A DNA stretch of 38,324 nucleotides, taken from positions 38,894-77,217 of the forward strand of contig JBKBOT010000005.1 in the NCBI GenBank assembly GCA_046293555.1, in the 5' to 3' direction. The translations under genes and the position numbers were made by a program. The notes below the pieces were generated by a model. That model saw only the letters and a list, made by a program, of their open reading frames with translations. It searched no databases and was not told the origin of the DNA. Origin of the DNA: Pyrobaculum sp. GTDB taxonomy: Archaea; Thermoproteota; Thermoprotei; Thermoproteales; Thermoproteaceae. Shown one piece after another: positions 1-9,206 of the stretch (the first letter of the stretch is position 1; each line of letters begins with the position of its first letter).

Positions 1-1
1 T

Positions 2-547
2 AGGAGAGACTGCATGGCGGCGGTGAGGCCCACCGGGATGTATAAAATACTGCTTGACGTCTTGACGCAATGTAGGCCCAGCTGCGTGGTGGAGACGCCC
101 TACGTGTTTGTGGAGAGATCTAAAGGCCGCTCAAAACTAGGCATGAGGCAAGTTGTGGACTACGTGAGACAGCTCATGGCGCTCTCCAGCTGGAGGCCTC
201 TGAAATTCGCCCTAGTGGGCGCCACCGGGCTGCTAGTAGCATGGGGGGTGTTATACATAAGCCCCCTTCCGCCTGTATTTTCAGTGGCGTTAGCCATAGA
301 GGCCAGCCTTACTTCAAACTACACGTTAAACCGGCTGTGGACTTTCTCCAAGAGAAAGACTCCTTTCGTCCAGGGGTGGGCTAGATACCACATATCTACG
401 GCAGTTGGCAACGTTGCCAACTACCTCACCACCCTCACCCTACACGCCCTGGGGGTGTGGATATATCTAGCATATCTAGCCGGCGTGACGGCTGGATATG
501 TGGCAAACTACACGCTGTCAGAACTCATAGTATTCACCCAACGCTGA
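2..547 (+). CDS. Dolichol-phosphate mannosyltransferase-like GT2 with C-terminal GtrA domain (5' truncated by window)
   Basis: Frame is open from base 2. GYKILL-like 'MYKILLDVL', 'ETPYVFVERSKGRSKLG' (end of DPM1-type GT2 domain), then GtrA 'KFALVGATG...NYTLNRLWTF' with 4 TM segments. Confidence 0.85.
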   Translation, partial: RRDCMAAVRPTGMYKILLDVLTQCRPSCVVETPYVFVERSKGRSKLGMRQVVDYVRQLMALSSWRPLKFALVGATGLLVAWGVLYISPLPPVFSVALAIEASLTSNYTLNRLWTFSKRKTPFVQGWARYHISTAVGNVANYLTTLTLHALGVWIYLAYLAGVTAGYVANYTLSELIVFTQR

Positions 548-1350
548 AGGCGGCTCCACACCTCCCCCTCGTAAGTCGGCCTCTCGGCCTTGTAGAACAG
601 GCCGATAGGTATCTTGCCGATGGGGTCTAACGTGGGCCACTCCAACGCCTTTTTGTACGCCTCGAGGTAGCCATAGTGGCCCTCTAGCTTATAGACCCGC
701 GCTCTAAACCAGTCGTATGTATTTACCTTGTTGAAAGTCACGCAGGGGCTTAACACGTCTATTAGGGCAAACCCCCTGTGTGATATAGCCTCTTTAATCA
801 AGGCAGCTAGGTGGGGCACATCTCCGCTAAACCCTCTAGCCACAAAGGTGGCCCCCGCCGCCAGCGCTAGAGCCACGGGGTTGACGGGGTCTTCTATCGA
901 GCCCTCTGGCGACGTCTTTGTCGTCTCTCCCCTCAACGTAGTTGGCGACATCTGGCCTGTAGTAAGGCCATAGACCTGGTTGTTAGACACTATGTACGTA
1001 AGGTCTATATTGCGCCGCGCTGCGTGTATCATGTGGTTTAGCCCAATGCCGTACCCATCCCCGTCGCCCCCCACCACGATTACAGTAAGCTTGGGGTTTG
1101 CCAACTTGACGCCTGCGGCAAGCGGGATGGCCCTCCCATGTATTCCATGTATCCCATAGGTCTTCATGAAGTGTGGCAACTGTGAGCTACAGCCGATGCC
1201 AGACACCACTACCACCTTCTCATTTGGCAGGCCTAACTCCGCCAGGGCTCTTCTCAACGCCTCTAAGATCCCGTAGTCTCCACACCCTGGACACCATATG
1301 GGCGGCCTATTTACCGTGTAGTCAACCGGCTTTTTGACTGCCAGCTTCAT
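508..1350 (-). CDS. korB: 2-oxoacid:ferredoxin oxidoreductase beta subunit
   Basis: WCPGCGD, SGIGCSS, HGRA, TPP-binding GGDGDG..., YGLTTGQMSPT, SPCVTFN. ATG at 1350 overlaps the alpha stop (ATGA). Substrate specificity not determinable. Confidence 0.93.
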   Translation of the reverse strand: MKLAVKKPVDYTVNRPPIWCPGCGDYGILEALRRALAELGLPNEKVVVVSGIGCSSQLPHFMKTYGIHGIHGRAIPLAAGVKLANPKLTVIVVGGDGDGYGIGLNHMIHAARRNIDLTYIVSNNQVYGLTTGQMSPTTLRGETTKTSPEGSIEDPVNPVALALAAGATFVARGFSGDVPHLAALIKEAISHRGFALIDVLSPCVTFNKVNTYDWFRARVYKLEGHYGYLEAYKKALEWPTLDPIGKIPIGLFYKAERPTYEGEVWSRLQRWVNTMSSDSV

Positions 1351-2957
1351 AGCCACTCGCCTAGCTCATCTACGCTAAAGGGCTCCCCCCACCACTTCAA
1401 CACCTTCCTACCCACCTTTACCCCCCTAGACGTGAGATATTCGGCAAATTGGCCGGAGTAGTTCATCTCCACTGCCACAACTTCTTTCGCCTTGTTGAGC
1501 GCCTCGACCCAACTGCCGTCGGGGAGGGGGTATATGTCCCTAAAGAGGGCTACCCCCACCTCGTTTTGGTAGTCCAGTAGGGGCATGGAGGTGGAGCCCC
1601 AGGCCACCGCCACCACCTCTCCCCCTCTAACTAATGGGGGGTCCATCTCCTCAACCACCTTCTCTAGTTTCCGCATCCTCTTGGCGTGCATGGCCTTTCT
1701 GACTTCTGGCAGATGTCTGTCGGTAATGACGTCGCCCCTCTCGTCATGTTCGTCACTTGTGGCTATATACATGCCGCCAGGCGTGCCCGGGACCGACCTG
1801 GGGGAGACCCCGCCTTCTGTGATCTTATATCTTTTGTACTCCTCCCACACCACGGGGCCTCTTAGCAGTTCCCCACGTTCTATCTTAAAGCGGGTGGGGT
1901 TGAACTCCACTGTGGCTAGCGACTCGGTGTAGTATAGATCAACCAGGACTATGGCGGGGAGTTGGTACCTCTCGGCTATATTAAAGGCTTTAGCCACGGC
2001 GTATGGCCCCTCGTCGATCCACCTGGGGGCTATGACCACATGTGGAAACTCGCCATGTGCCGGAGCTAGCGCCATCTTTAAGTCAGATTGCTCCGTCTCT
2101 GTGGGAACTCCAGTGCTGGGGCCCCCCCTCTGGGCCAGAAGGACCACTAGCGGCACTTCTATCATTGCGGCTAGCCCAAAGGCCTCGTGCATTAGGTCAA
2201 ACCCCCCTCCCGAAGTCCCTACTGCTGCCCTGACGCCGGCGTAGGCGGCCCCAATCGCCATGTTTATTGCAGCTATCTCATCTTCCGGCTGTATTACCAC
2301 CACGCCGTGTTTAGGCCCATGTTCTGCCAGCCAGTGGAGGATGGGGCTGGCGGGCGTCATGGGGTAGGCTGCGTAAAACTGCATCCCGGCCATCACAGCT
2401 CCTAACGCCAAAGCCTCAGCTCCAGACATCACCACGCGGGGCTCCCCGACTTTCGCCACCTGGCCTGCCTTAGGGAGTTTTTTCTCACTGTATTCAAAGG
2501 CCTTGTGTAACACCTCTACGTTTAGCTCTGCAACACTGTCTCTAAATTCTCTCCTAATTTCTGCCTCTATATGGCGGGGGTCTAGCCCCAGTAGGGCCGA
2601 CAGGGCCCCGAGGGCGGCTGTGTTTTTCATAATCCTACTGCCGTACCTCGCCGCGATGTCCGTCAGGGGGATCTCCCGTTCGGAAATCACGTGGCGGGCT
2701 CCTCCTTCATATGCGGCAAGAGACTCCTTGTTTAGGGCGACCAACAGGTCGTATTTCTTCCACGGGCCGTGGCTATATATCTTTCTGTGGGAAATACGTA
2801 ACTGGAAAAACATGGTGGGGTTTCCCTTTATGATGGAGGCATATTGTCTAAAGCCAAAAACGTGGTAACCCAACTTGGAGAAGGTGGTGGCAAGTATCCT
2901 CCCCGTGGTTTCAATCCCCTCGCCTTGAGCCCCAGCTATTCTTATAGTCAACTCCAC
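1347..2957 (-). CDS. korA: 2-oxoacid:ferredoxin oxidoreductase alpha subunit (gamma-alpha fusion)
   Basis: N-terminal GAQGEG gamma domain, YPMTP, EDEIAA, TSGGG, QRGGPSTG, VEMN. GTG start. Confidence 0.93.
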   Translation of the reverse strand: MELTIRIAGAQGEGIETTGRILATTFSKLGYHVFGFRQYASIIKGNPTMFFQLRISHRKIYSHGPWKKYDLLVALNKESLAAYEGGARHVISEREIPLTDIAARYGSRIMKNTAALGALSALLGLDPRHIEAEIRREFRDSVAELNVEVLHKAFEYSEKKLPKAGQVAKVGEPRVVMSGAEALALGAVMAGMQFYAAYPMTPASPILHWLAEHGPKHGVVVIQPEDEIAAINMAIGAAYAGVRAAVGTSGGGFDLMHEAFGLAAMIEVPLVVLLAQRGGPSTGVPTETEQSDLKMALAPAHGEFPHVVIAPRWIDEGPYAVAKAFNIAERYQLPAIVLVDLYYTESLATVEFNPTRFKIERGELLRGPVVWEEYKRYKITEGGVSPRSVPGTPGGMYIATSDEHDERGDVITDRHLPEVRKAMHAKRMRKLEKVVEEMDPPLVRGGEVVAVAWGSTSMPLLDYQNEVGVALFRDIYPLPDGSWVEALNKAKEVVAVEMNYSGQFAEYLTSRGVKVGRKVLKWWGEPFSVDELGEWL

Positions 2958-2976
2958 AACTCTCTATCGTTTTGTG

Positions 2977-2984
2977 TATAAAAA
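2977..2984 (-). promoter_or_regulatory. TATA box of the OFOR operon (leaderless-type)
   Basis: TTTTTATA on the minus strand, 19 nt upstream of the GTG at 2957. Confidence 0.55.
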
Positions 2985-3002
2985 TGTTACTTATATATCA
3001 TT

Positions 3003-3031
3003 ATAGTTCAGATATATGCTAGGTGAACTAT
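3003..3031. promoter_or_regulatory. Inverted repeat ATAGTTCA-N13-TGAACTAT, putative transcription-factor site
   Basis: Perfect 8-bp arms at 3003-3010 and 3024-3031 in the divergent intergenic region. Confidence 0.5.
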
Positions 3032-3073
3032 TTATAAAGATTACTGCCTCCATGGCTCCACGGGACGTACTTT

Positions 3074-3102
3074 AGTTCACCACGTGAGATATGTGGTGAA
3101 CT
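3074..3102. repeat. Inverted repeat/hairpin AGTTCACCAC-N9-GTGGTGAACT
   Basis: Perfect 10-bp arms at 3074-3083 and 3093-3102. Shares the AGTTCA/TGAACT core with the repeat at 3003-3031. Confidence 0.6.
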
Positions 3103-3140
3103 TCTTTCAGCCCTTAAAACCGCCGCAAGTTGTACTGACC

Positions 3141-3542
3141 ATGGAAATCATTGCGCTTTCCCGGGGGCCCGCCCCCCGTACATATTACGTAGCCCACTCC
3201 CCACCTAGATGCGGACAGCTGGCCGTCAGGTTGATGGAACTCCCCACAGACGTAGACCCCCCATTTACCGCCTATCTGGTAAGCTCTAGGTGGGGGACAG
3301 CTCTACTCAACATAGCTAAGATACATCTGGCAGACTTTTTGTTACCACACCTTGAAAACGTGATTGAAGGTGAGGTAAAAGGGGGCGTGTTGGAAGGCGT
3401 CGTATGTAACAAAAAGGTCAAGATTAGAGTTGGCGACGGGGTGAGGGGAGCTGTGCTTGCAGTAGTGCCAGTTGTGAAAACTATGAAAAAACTCCCTCCT
3501 ACAGCTTTTAACCTCTATCTATACAACATCTTAGAGGTATAG
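3141..3542 (+). CDS. Hypothetical protein
   Basis: ORF fills the gap between operons. ATG at 3141 preferred because CTTAAAAC (3113-3120) lies 20 nt upstream. Confidence 0.7.
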   Translation: MEIIALSRGPAPRTYYVAHSPPRCGQLAVRLMELPTDVDPPFTAYLVSSRWGTALLNIAKIHLADFLLPHLENVIEGEVKGGVLEGVVCNKKVKIRVGDGVRGAVLAVVPVVKTMKKLPPTAFNLYLYNILEV

Positions 3543-4760
3543 ATAGACTACTGGAATAAGTAACCCCAGCGCCGTAGATATAAAGGCCGTGTATGACACT
3601 GTGGCGTTATCCACGGCGGGTCCCGGCGCCTCTGTTATAAATCTAAATGCCCGTAGGTAATAAGGCGTGGCTAACGCGCTGTTTAACACAACCCAAACCA
3701 CCAGGAATGTAATTAGCGACGTGGGTGGATACGCCAGTATTAGGAGGATAAGGAAGAGCTTAGGCCAGAAGCCCAACAGCGGGGGGAGCCCCAGGAGGGA
3801 AAATATGTTTAACATGTTTAGGAGACTTCGCCGCGGGGGACTCACGTCCGAGTTTCTAGTAGTGAGGTAACCAAAGACTCCCGCCTTGGCGAGACCGGAG
3901 GCAAGCGCTTCTAGCACTACCACCAGGGCGGCTGCATGCAGGGTGTTAAGCTGTATGCCTAACAGCGAGAGTGGCCTCTCGCCTAGCCACCACACCAGCG
4001 CCACTGCGGCCAGCGCGTAGGACATGTGGGCAATAGAGGAGTAGGCCATTATCCTACCTAACGTCTTTGCCGTCAGGCCGGCTATATTAGCTACAAACAT
4101 TGAGGCAAGCGCTACGGCTAGTGCCACAAGCCCCACCTGGCTGTCGCCAGGCACGCTCCGGAAGATAGATAACAACACAAATAACGCCGTGGTTTTGCTA
4201 AATAGGGCCAACGCCGCGGCCCCCCTGGGGGAGCTTAGGGCATATGCCTCTACAACCCACGCGTGAAACGGGGCGACCCCCAGCTCAAACATGAAGCCTA
4301 ATACCACCACGTAGAGGCCCTGGGGGACGCCAGTCTGAGATAACACATATCCCACCACAATAAGCGCCTTGCCGACGCCAGAAAACACCACGTATTTCAC
4401 GGCACCTTCTACATTTTCCCTATTTTTGCCCATAGCCAACATTCCGTACACCGCCGCGGTGACTAAAGCCAGGGCCGCGACGCCATATATGGGCGGAGCC
4501 GCTGTGTAGTATACATATACAGCCAACACGGTGGAGAGGGCGGCGAAGGCTAGCGGCAGCCCGAAAGCCCCCGTGGGCCTATCTAACGCCATAGCTAGAG
4601 CGGCTACGGCAATTAACAAGCCTACAGGCGTCTGGGAGTAAACTGACGTAAATGCCAACATTGCCGCCGCGGCGATGGCTATATACCTGGCGTCAACTCT
4701 TGACACAAACGGCGCCGTTAGAGACAAGGCGATAGTTAGGTAGATAAGGATCTCTATCAT
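3531..4760 (-). CDS. nuoN: NADH-quinone oxidoreductase-like subunit N
   Basis: EGAVKY, GVAPFHAW, RIMAYSSIAHMSY, GLPPLLGFWPK, YYLR. Multi-TM. Confidence 0.9.
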   Translation of the reverse strand: MIEILIYLTIALSLTAPFVSRVDARYIAIAAAAMLAFTSVYSQTPVGLLIAVAALAMALDRPTGAFGLPLAFAALSTVLAVYVYYTAAPPIYGVAALALVTAAVYGMLAMGKNRENVEGAVKYVVFSGVGKALIVVGYVLSQTGVPQGLYVVVLGFMFELGVAPFHAWVVEAYALSSPRGAAALALFSKTTALFVLLSIFRSVPGDSQVGLVALAVALASMFVANIAGLTAKTLGRIMAYSSIAHMSYALAAVALVWWLGERPLSLLGIQLNTLHAAALVVVLEALASGLAKAGVFGYLTTRNSDVSPPRRSLLNMLNIFSLLGLPPLLGFWPKLFLILLILAYPPTSLITFLVVWVVLNSALATPYYLRAFRFITEAPGPAVDNATVSYTAFISTALGLLIPVVYLYL

Positions 4761-6595
4761 ATGGCTAACAGCAGTAATGTGACTAAAATACCCACCATGG
4801 CGTAGAGGATGTACATACTTATGTTGCCTGTCACCACCCTCCTGGCCCAGTTAGACAACATGGAGAAAGCTGCCGGCATTGCCGTGTGGTAAAGCCCGTC
4901 AAAAAGCCCCCTGTCTATAACCACATATATGGCCCTAGAGAGCCAGCTATATGCCGATGGAAACGCCCCGTCGTATAGTATGGGGAGGTAGAAGCGGCGG
5001 TATGCCACTTGCCACAACGGCTGTAGCGCCGTAGATTGTAGCCCGGGTCTAGCTATATACAACACAAAGCCTACAAGAAAACCCGCGAGAAGCGCCAAAA
5101 CCGCTTCCGACATGGGGAATTTATACATGGCGAGATAGCCGCCTAGAGCTATTGTGGTCACCGCAAGAGCGGCGTAGGGCAGCCACATCAATGGCGGGGC
5201 CTCATGTACCTCCCTCTCTTCGCCATGTATAAACGTGAGGCCTATAAGCCTGAGGCCATATATCGGGGTGATAAAGAGGAGGAGATATAGGAGGGGAGAA
5301 AGGTCTATGTGGTAGACGTGAGATGCCTCGAACACGTTTTCTAGCGACAGCTCCTTTGTGATATAGCCAACAAATGGCGGCATTCCCACTAGGCTTAACA
5401 TAGAGAGCGTCATGGCCACAGCCGTGATTTTCATATGTCTCCACAGCCTCCCCACCTCTCCAATAAACCGGACGCCGGCCTCGTGTATCACCGCCCCGAA
5501 GCCCATAAAGAGCGAGGCTTTAGACACGGCGTGGCCGACGATATGTAAAAAGGCGAGGTTTAGGAAAGGCAGCAGCTTGGGCTCATGTAGACCCAAGAGG
5601 CCTGCGGCGCCGGCGGAAGCCGCGATGATGCCCAAGTTGGCTGCAGTAGAGCCTGCGAGAACCAGCTTGTACTCCATAGAGGTTAGGGCTATAACTGTCG
5701 CCGCCAGCGCCGTGGCGATGCCTACAGCCATCACGATGAGGAAATAGAGCTCCACCCCTTGGACTAACACAAATATGGGGGCTGTTACAATCAGGACGTA
5801 GACGCCCGCCTTTACCATCGTGGCTGCGTGTATTAACGCCGACACGCTAGTGGGGCCTGTCATAGCTGTGAGAAGCCACTCGTGAAATGGAAACTGGGCG
5901 CTTTTTGTAAACGGCCCCAGCGCGAAAAACAGCAGGGGGATCACCCCCAATGCCTTTAAGGCTTGGGAATATTGCATCTGTGTTAACGACACGGTGCCTA
6001 ACGTCACGTAGAAAAGCGCGATGGCCACAAGGAAGAACGCGTCGCCAAGCCTCACGGTGAGGATTGCCCTTAGTCCGGCCTTGCTGGGTGTCCACCAATA
6101 CGGCACCCCCAGTACCTTCTCCTCTTTGCCAACCCACTTGTCGTACTCATCTCTATACCAATGGCCTATGAGGGCCCAAGATGCCAGCCCCACCCCCTCC
6201 CACCCTACCAGCAGAAACCACAGGTTTTCTGCATATACGACTATAAGCATAGATGTGGCAAAAAAGCCGAAGAAGAACCAATACCATCCGGGCCTGTAGT
6301 CACCCTCCATGTATTTCACCGAATATAGCGAAATGGCTGCAATCAGCCAGGCCACCAGGGCCCCCATGGGGAGGCTGAAGTGGTCAAGTCTAAACTCCAC
6401 CCTGGCCCCTATAGATTTGATCCACTCCACCCCGTAGACGCCCGGCGTTGTGGCTAAGAGCAGATATGTGGAGAGACATGCAGAGACAAATGTGGCTATG
6501 GTGACAGCCCAGGCCTTGAGTTTTCCGCCTCTGCTAAATAACGAGAGCAGGGAGGCGACAAAAGGCAGAAAGACAGAGAGGGCAACTATCTCCAT
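4757..6595 (-). CDS. nuoL: NADH-quinone oxidoreductase-like subunit L
   Basis: YSVKYM, GWEGVGLASWALIGHW, KSAQFPFHEWL, PTSVSALIHAATMVKAG, HAVSKASLF, C-terminal amphipathic helix region. Confidence 0.93.
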   Translation of the reverse strand: MEIVALSVFLPFVASLLSLFSRGGKLKAWAVTIATFVSACLSTYLLLATTPGVYGVEWIKSIGARVEFRLDHFSLPMGALVAWLIAAISLYSVKYMEGDYRPGWYWFFFGFFATSMLIVVYAENLWFLLVGWEGVGLASWALIGHWYRDEYDKWVGKEEKVLGVPYWWTPSKAGLRAILTVRLGDAFFLVAIALFYVTLGTVSLTQMQYSQALKALGVIPLLFFALGPFTKSAQFPFHEWLLTAMTGPTSVSALIHAATMVKAGVYVLIVTAPIFVLVQGVELYFLIVMAVGIATALAATVIALTSMEYKLVLAGSTAANLGIIAASAGAAGLLGLHEPKLLPFLNLAFLHIVGHAVSKASLFMGFGAVIHEAGVRFIGEVGRLWRHMKITAVAMTLSMLSLVGMPPFVGYITKELSLENVFEASHVYHIDLSPLLYLLLFITPIYGLRLIGLTFIHGEEREVHEAPPLMWLPYAALAVTTIALGGYLAMYKFPMSEAVLALLAGFLVGFVLYIARPGLQSTALQPLWQVAYRRFYLPILYDGAFPSAYSWLSRAIYVVIDRGLFDGLYHTAMPAAFSMLSNWARRVVTGNISMYILYAMVGILVTLLLLAI

Positions 6596-8013
6596 AGCCC
6601 TACAGTCTCCACAACTCTATATATGTTGTCCACAAGGGCGGTGGAGAAAGGCGGGATGAAAAACAGTAGTGAAATAAAGGCCGTGGCCACTATAGAGAGA
6701 AACGCCAAGTCCACAGCGCCTTGTCCCCCCCTCTTGTGGGGGCCGAAAAACACCACACGTATTGTGTTAAAGGCGTAGACCGCGGTGACTATTAACATGG
6801 CGGCATATGGTATATAGTATGGAAAGCCTGTCTTGAAGTATTCCACATATGCCACAGTCAGCACGATTTCAGAAACCATGCCGATACTTAAAACCCCCAC
6901 GAGGTTTAGAAAGCCCACAATAGCTGCGCCAGCTATCTCTGGCCTCCAGCCATATAGGCCGCCCATATTTCTAATGTCGCGAGTGTGGAGGTGGACTATA
7001 AAATACCCCGCGGTCATGAACAACACGGCTTTCCCAAGGCCGTGGCTTAAGTATAACAACGCCGCCGCCGTGTAGCCCAGGGGGTTAAAGAGAGAGATTC
7101 CTAACAGCAGGTACCCCATTTGCGACACTGTGGAGTATGCAAAAAGTCGCTTCACGTCTTCTTGTAGAAAGGCCATGAGGCCGCCGTATATGGCAGTAGC
7201 TATAGAGTAATATATAAGCCACTGCGCCCACTCTTTAGGCGCTACATACATGCCCACAGCGGCGATGATGTAGCCCCCCACCCCCACCAAGACGGGGCTT
7301 AACAACGCGGAGAGCGGCGTGGGGGCCTCGGCGTGTACATATGGCAGCCACATGTGTACACCCAAGGTGGCCATTTTTATCAGGGAGCCTACCAGGATTA
7401 ACAAAAACACAAGCTCGCTGGGGCCTAGATACCCCATGTCTGTCAATAGGGGCACGTAGTAAATCCCTCTAACTGCTAGCAGCAGAAAGCCTGCCAGTAC
7501 CAGCAGGGCGCCTACATGTGACCACACTAGATACATTATGGTGATTCTCACCCTGTCCCCATAGCCGTAATACAACACTTGAAACAACGAGGCAATAAGC
7601 GCAATCTCTATAAATACGTACACAATAACTAGGTTGGCTGTGGCAAAAGCGCCGGCGAGCCCGCCGAGAAAGAAGCCGTAGGTTAGATAAAAGGCGGCGG
7701 GGTCTCTGCCCACTTCATGTGATCTATGTTCCATATATGGCGGGGAGTACAAAGCCACGAGAAAGCCCACGATTGCTACCGTAAGTAGAAAGAGCCCGTT
7801 GAACGGAATTACCCTAAAGGCTAGTACGTCAAAGCCCTTAAAGACGCCTTCTTCAATAGAGACTCCGGTAAAGACCACATATGCCGAGAGGGCCAGTAGC
7901 GGCAATAAGGCGGCGGCAGATATATACCCGGCGAGATACGCCGACCTCTTCGCGGCGACGTATGCCAAGAGGGAGGAGGCCATTGGTATTAGGAGAGAGG
8001 CGAGAATAATCAT
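6586..8013 (-). CDS. nuoM: NADH-quinone oxidoreductase-like subunit M
   Basis: HMWLPYVHAEAPTPLSALL, DVKRLFAYSTVSQMG, SHGL, MGGL. Confidence 0.92.
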   Translation of the reverse strand: MIILASLLIPMASSLLAYVAAKRSAYLAGYISAAALLPLLALSAYVVFTGVSIEEGVFKGFDVLAFRVIPFNGLFLLTVAIVGFLVALYSPPYMEHRSHEVGRDPAAFYLTYGFFLGGLAGAFATANLVIVYVFIEIALIASLFQVLYYGYGDRVRITIMYLVWSHVGALLVLAGFLLLAVRGIYYVPLLTDMGYLGPSELVFLLILVGSLIKMATLGVHMWLPYVHAEAPTPLSALLSPVLVGVGGYIIAAVGMYVAPKEWAQWLIYYSIATAIYGGLMAFLQEDVKRLFAYSTVSQMGYLLLGISLFNPLGYTAAALLYLSHGLGKAVLFMTAGYFIVHLHTRDIRNMGGLYGWRPEIAGAAIVGFLNLVGVLSIGMVSEIVLTVAYVEYFKTGFPYYIPYAAMLIVTAVYAFNTIRVVFFGPHKRGGQGAVDLAFLSIVATAFISLLFFIPPFSTALVDNIYRVVETVGLWR

Positions 8014-8300
8014 ATCTCTCTGCCCTCTGAGAGAGACGAGATATCTGTCTGCCTAGTTAACATATAGTTTCTATATACCAACGCCGCTAGTATCGACGCC
8101 TCTGAGACTGAGATCATTACTAATGTCAAAACCCCGTAGAAGGCCAACGTGGGGTCGATAGAGAAGATGGGAGCAATCATGACGAAAGCCCCCACGGTGA
8201 TGAGCTCTAGGGCGATGAGAAGACGCACGAGGTTTCTAGTGGTGGCTATGCTGTAAAGACCCAGGAGTATTATTATGAAGCCCACTATGTACGCCATCAT
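8010..8300 (-). CDS. nuoK: NADH-quinone oxidoreductase-like subunit K
   Basis: RNLVRLLIALEL, conserved Glu in 'VSEAS', 3 TM, operon position with ATGA overlaps. Confidence 0.88.
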   Translation of the reverse strand: MMAYIVGFIIILLGLYSIATTRNLVRLLIALELITVGAFVMIAPIFSIDPTLAFYGVLTLVMISVSEASILAALVYRNYMLTRQTDISSLSEGREI

Positions 8301-8722
8301 GGCCTTCTAGCCACCTCAATACTTACTACTAACGATACTGCCGCCACGCCAAGTAGAAAGACTACCAACACTGTCAGATCTCCGGGATATATAGAGGGGG
8401 GGCGGGCCTGTGGATAACTCCATAGGTAGGCACTAACGGCTGCCGCAAGTACGAGAAGAGCCGAGGCGAGCCATAGATATCTGCCCCTCCATCTCTCCAC
8501 GCCGCCATACATCGCGGCGGTGATTAGAACTAACAACATGACTGCGCCTATATATATGACGAAGATTAGGACGGCTGCGGCAAATTGTGAGAGATATGCA
8601 TAATAGGCGCCTACAGCCCCCGCCGCTGCCGCGAGGCTGGCTGCAGAAAAGACGTTATCTCTAGAAAAGACGGTAGATATGCCGAAAAATAGAACTACGG
8701 CGAGAAGTATGAGGTCAAACAT
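8297..8722 (-). CDS. nuoJ: NADH-quinone oxidoreductase-like subunit J
   Basis: IYIGAVMLL motif (YxGA), hydrophobic, lies between nuoI and nuoK. Confidence 0.85.
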   Translation of the reverse strand: MFDLILLAVVLFFGISTVFSRDNVFSAASLAAAAGAVGAYYAYLSQFAAAVLIFVIYIGAVMLLVLITAAMYGGVERWRGRYLWLASALLVLAAAVSAYLWSYPQARPPSIYPGDLTVLVVFLLGVAAVSLVVSIEVARRP

Positions 8723-8750
8723 AGGAGTGGAATAAGGGAGGTTTTTTAAA

Positions 8751-9206
8751 TTATATTTTTATTTTCTTTGGCATGCCGTTTTCATATTTTAACATAACCC
8801 TAACCGCTCTATACGGCTCCTGGACTTTAGGAGGCTCTCTCTCCATATCTGGCGTATATATCATCTCCCTGTAGTCATACCACGCCAGTTCTTTTATGTC
8901 TGTGGGATATAGCGCCTCTGTCGGACAGACGTCTATACAGAAGTGACACATTATACAACGTCCATAGTCGATACCGGGGTACCGTTTTGCGTTTGGCGCC
9001 AGGTACATCTTTATGGCGTTGGTGGGACAAATCCTCGCGCAGAGCATACAGGAGGTACATTTCTCAGTCCACAGCCCGATCCACCCCCTCAACCTGCCGT
9101 ATTCTAGCTTCTCGTATGGATAGTATACAGTTATACGTTCTGGCTTTACAAAATTCCTGGCGGCAATATATAACGCGTCTATAGTTGCCTTTACTACAGA
9201 GGCCAT
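8751..9206 (-). CDS. nuoI: NADH-quinone oxidoreductase-like subunit I (2x[4Fe-4S])
   Basis: TVYYPYEK, CTSCMLCARICP, IDYGRCIMCHFCIDVCPTEAL. Start most likely ATG 9206 or 9212 rather than 9269. Confidence 0.92.
   Translation of the reverse strand: MASVVKATIDALYIAARNFVKPERITVYYPYEKLEYGRLRGWIGLWTEKCTSCMLCARICPTNAIKMYLAPNAKRYPGIDYGRCIMCHFCIDVCPTEALYPTDIKELAWYDYREMIYTPDMEREPPKVQEPYRAVRVMLKYENGMPKKIKI

Noticed and set aside
317-520. Repeat AAACTACACG encoding NYTL twice
   Set aside because: Internal two-fold pseudo-repeat of the GtrA domain, not a DNA element.
3052-3075. 7-codon mini-ORF MAPRDVL before the hairpin (leader-peptide attenuator idea)
   Set aside because: ATG is only 13 nt from the nearest TATA, so it is probably upstream of any TSS, and it has no informative codon run.
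8197-8260. GTGATGA C-box match antisense to nuoK
   Set aside because: No CTGA D box at the expected 40-50 nt distance and no promoter; explained by nuoK codons.
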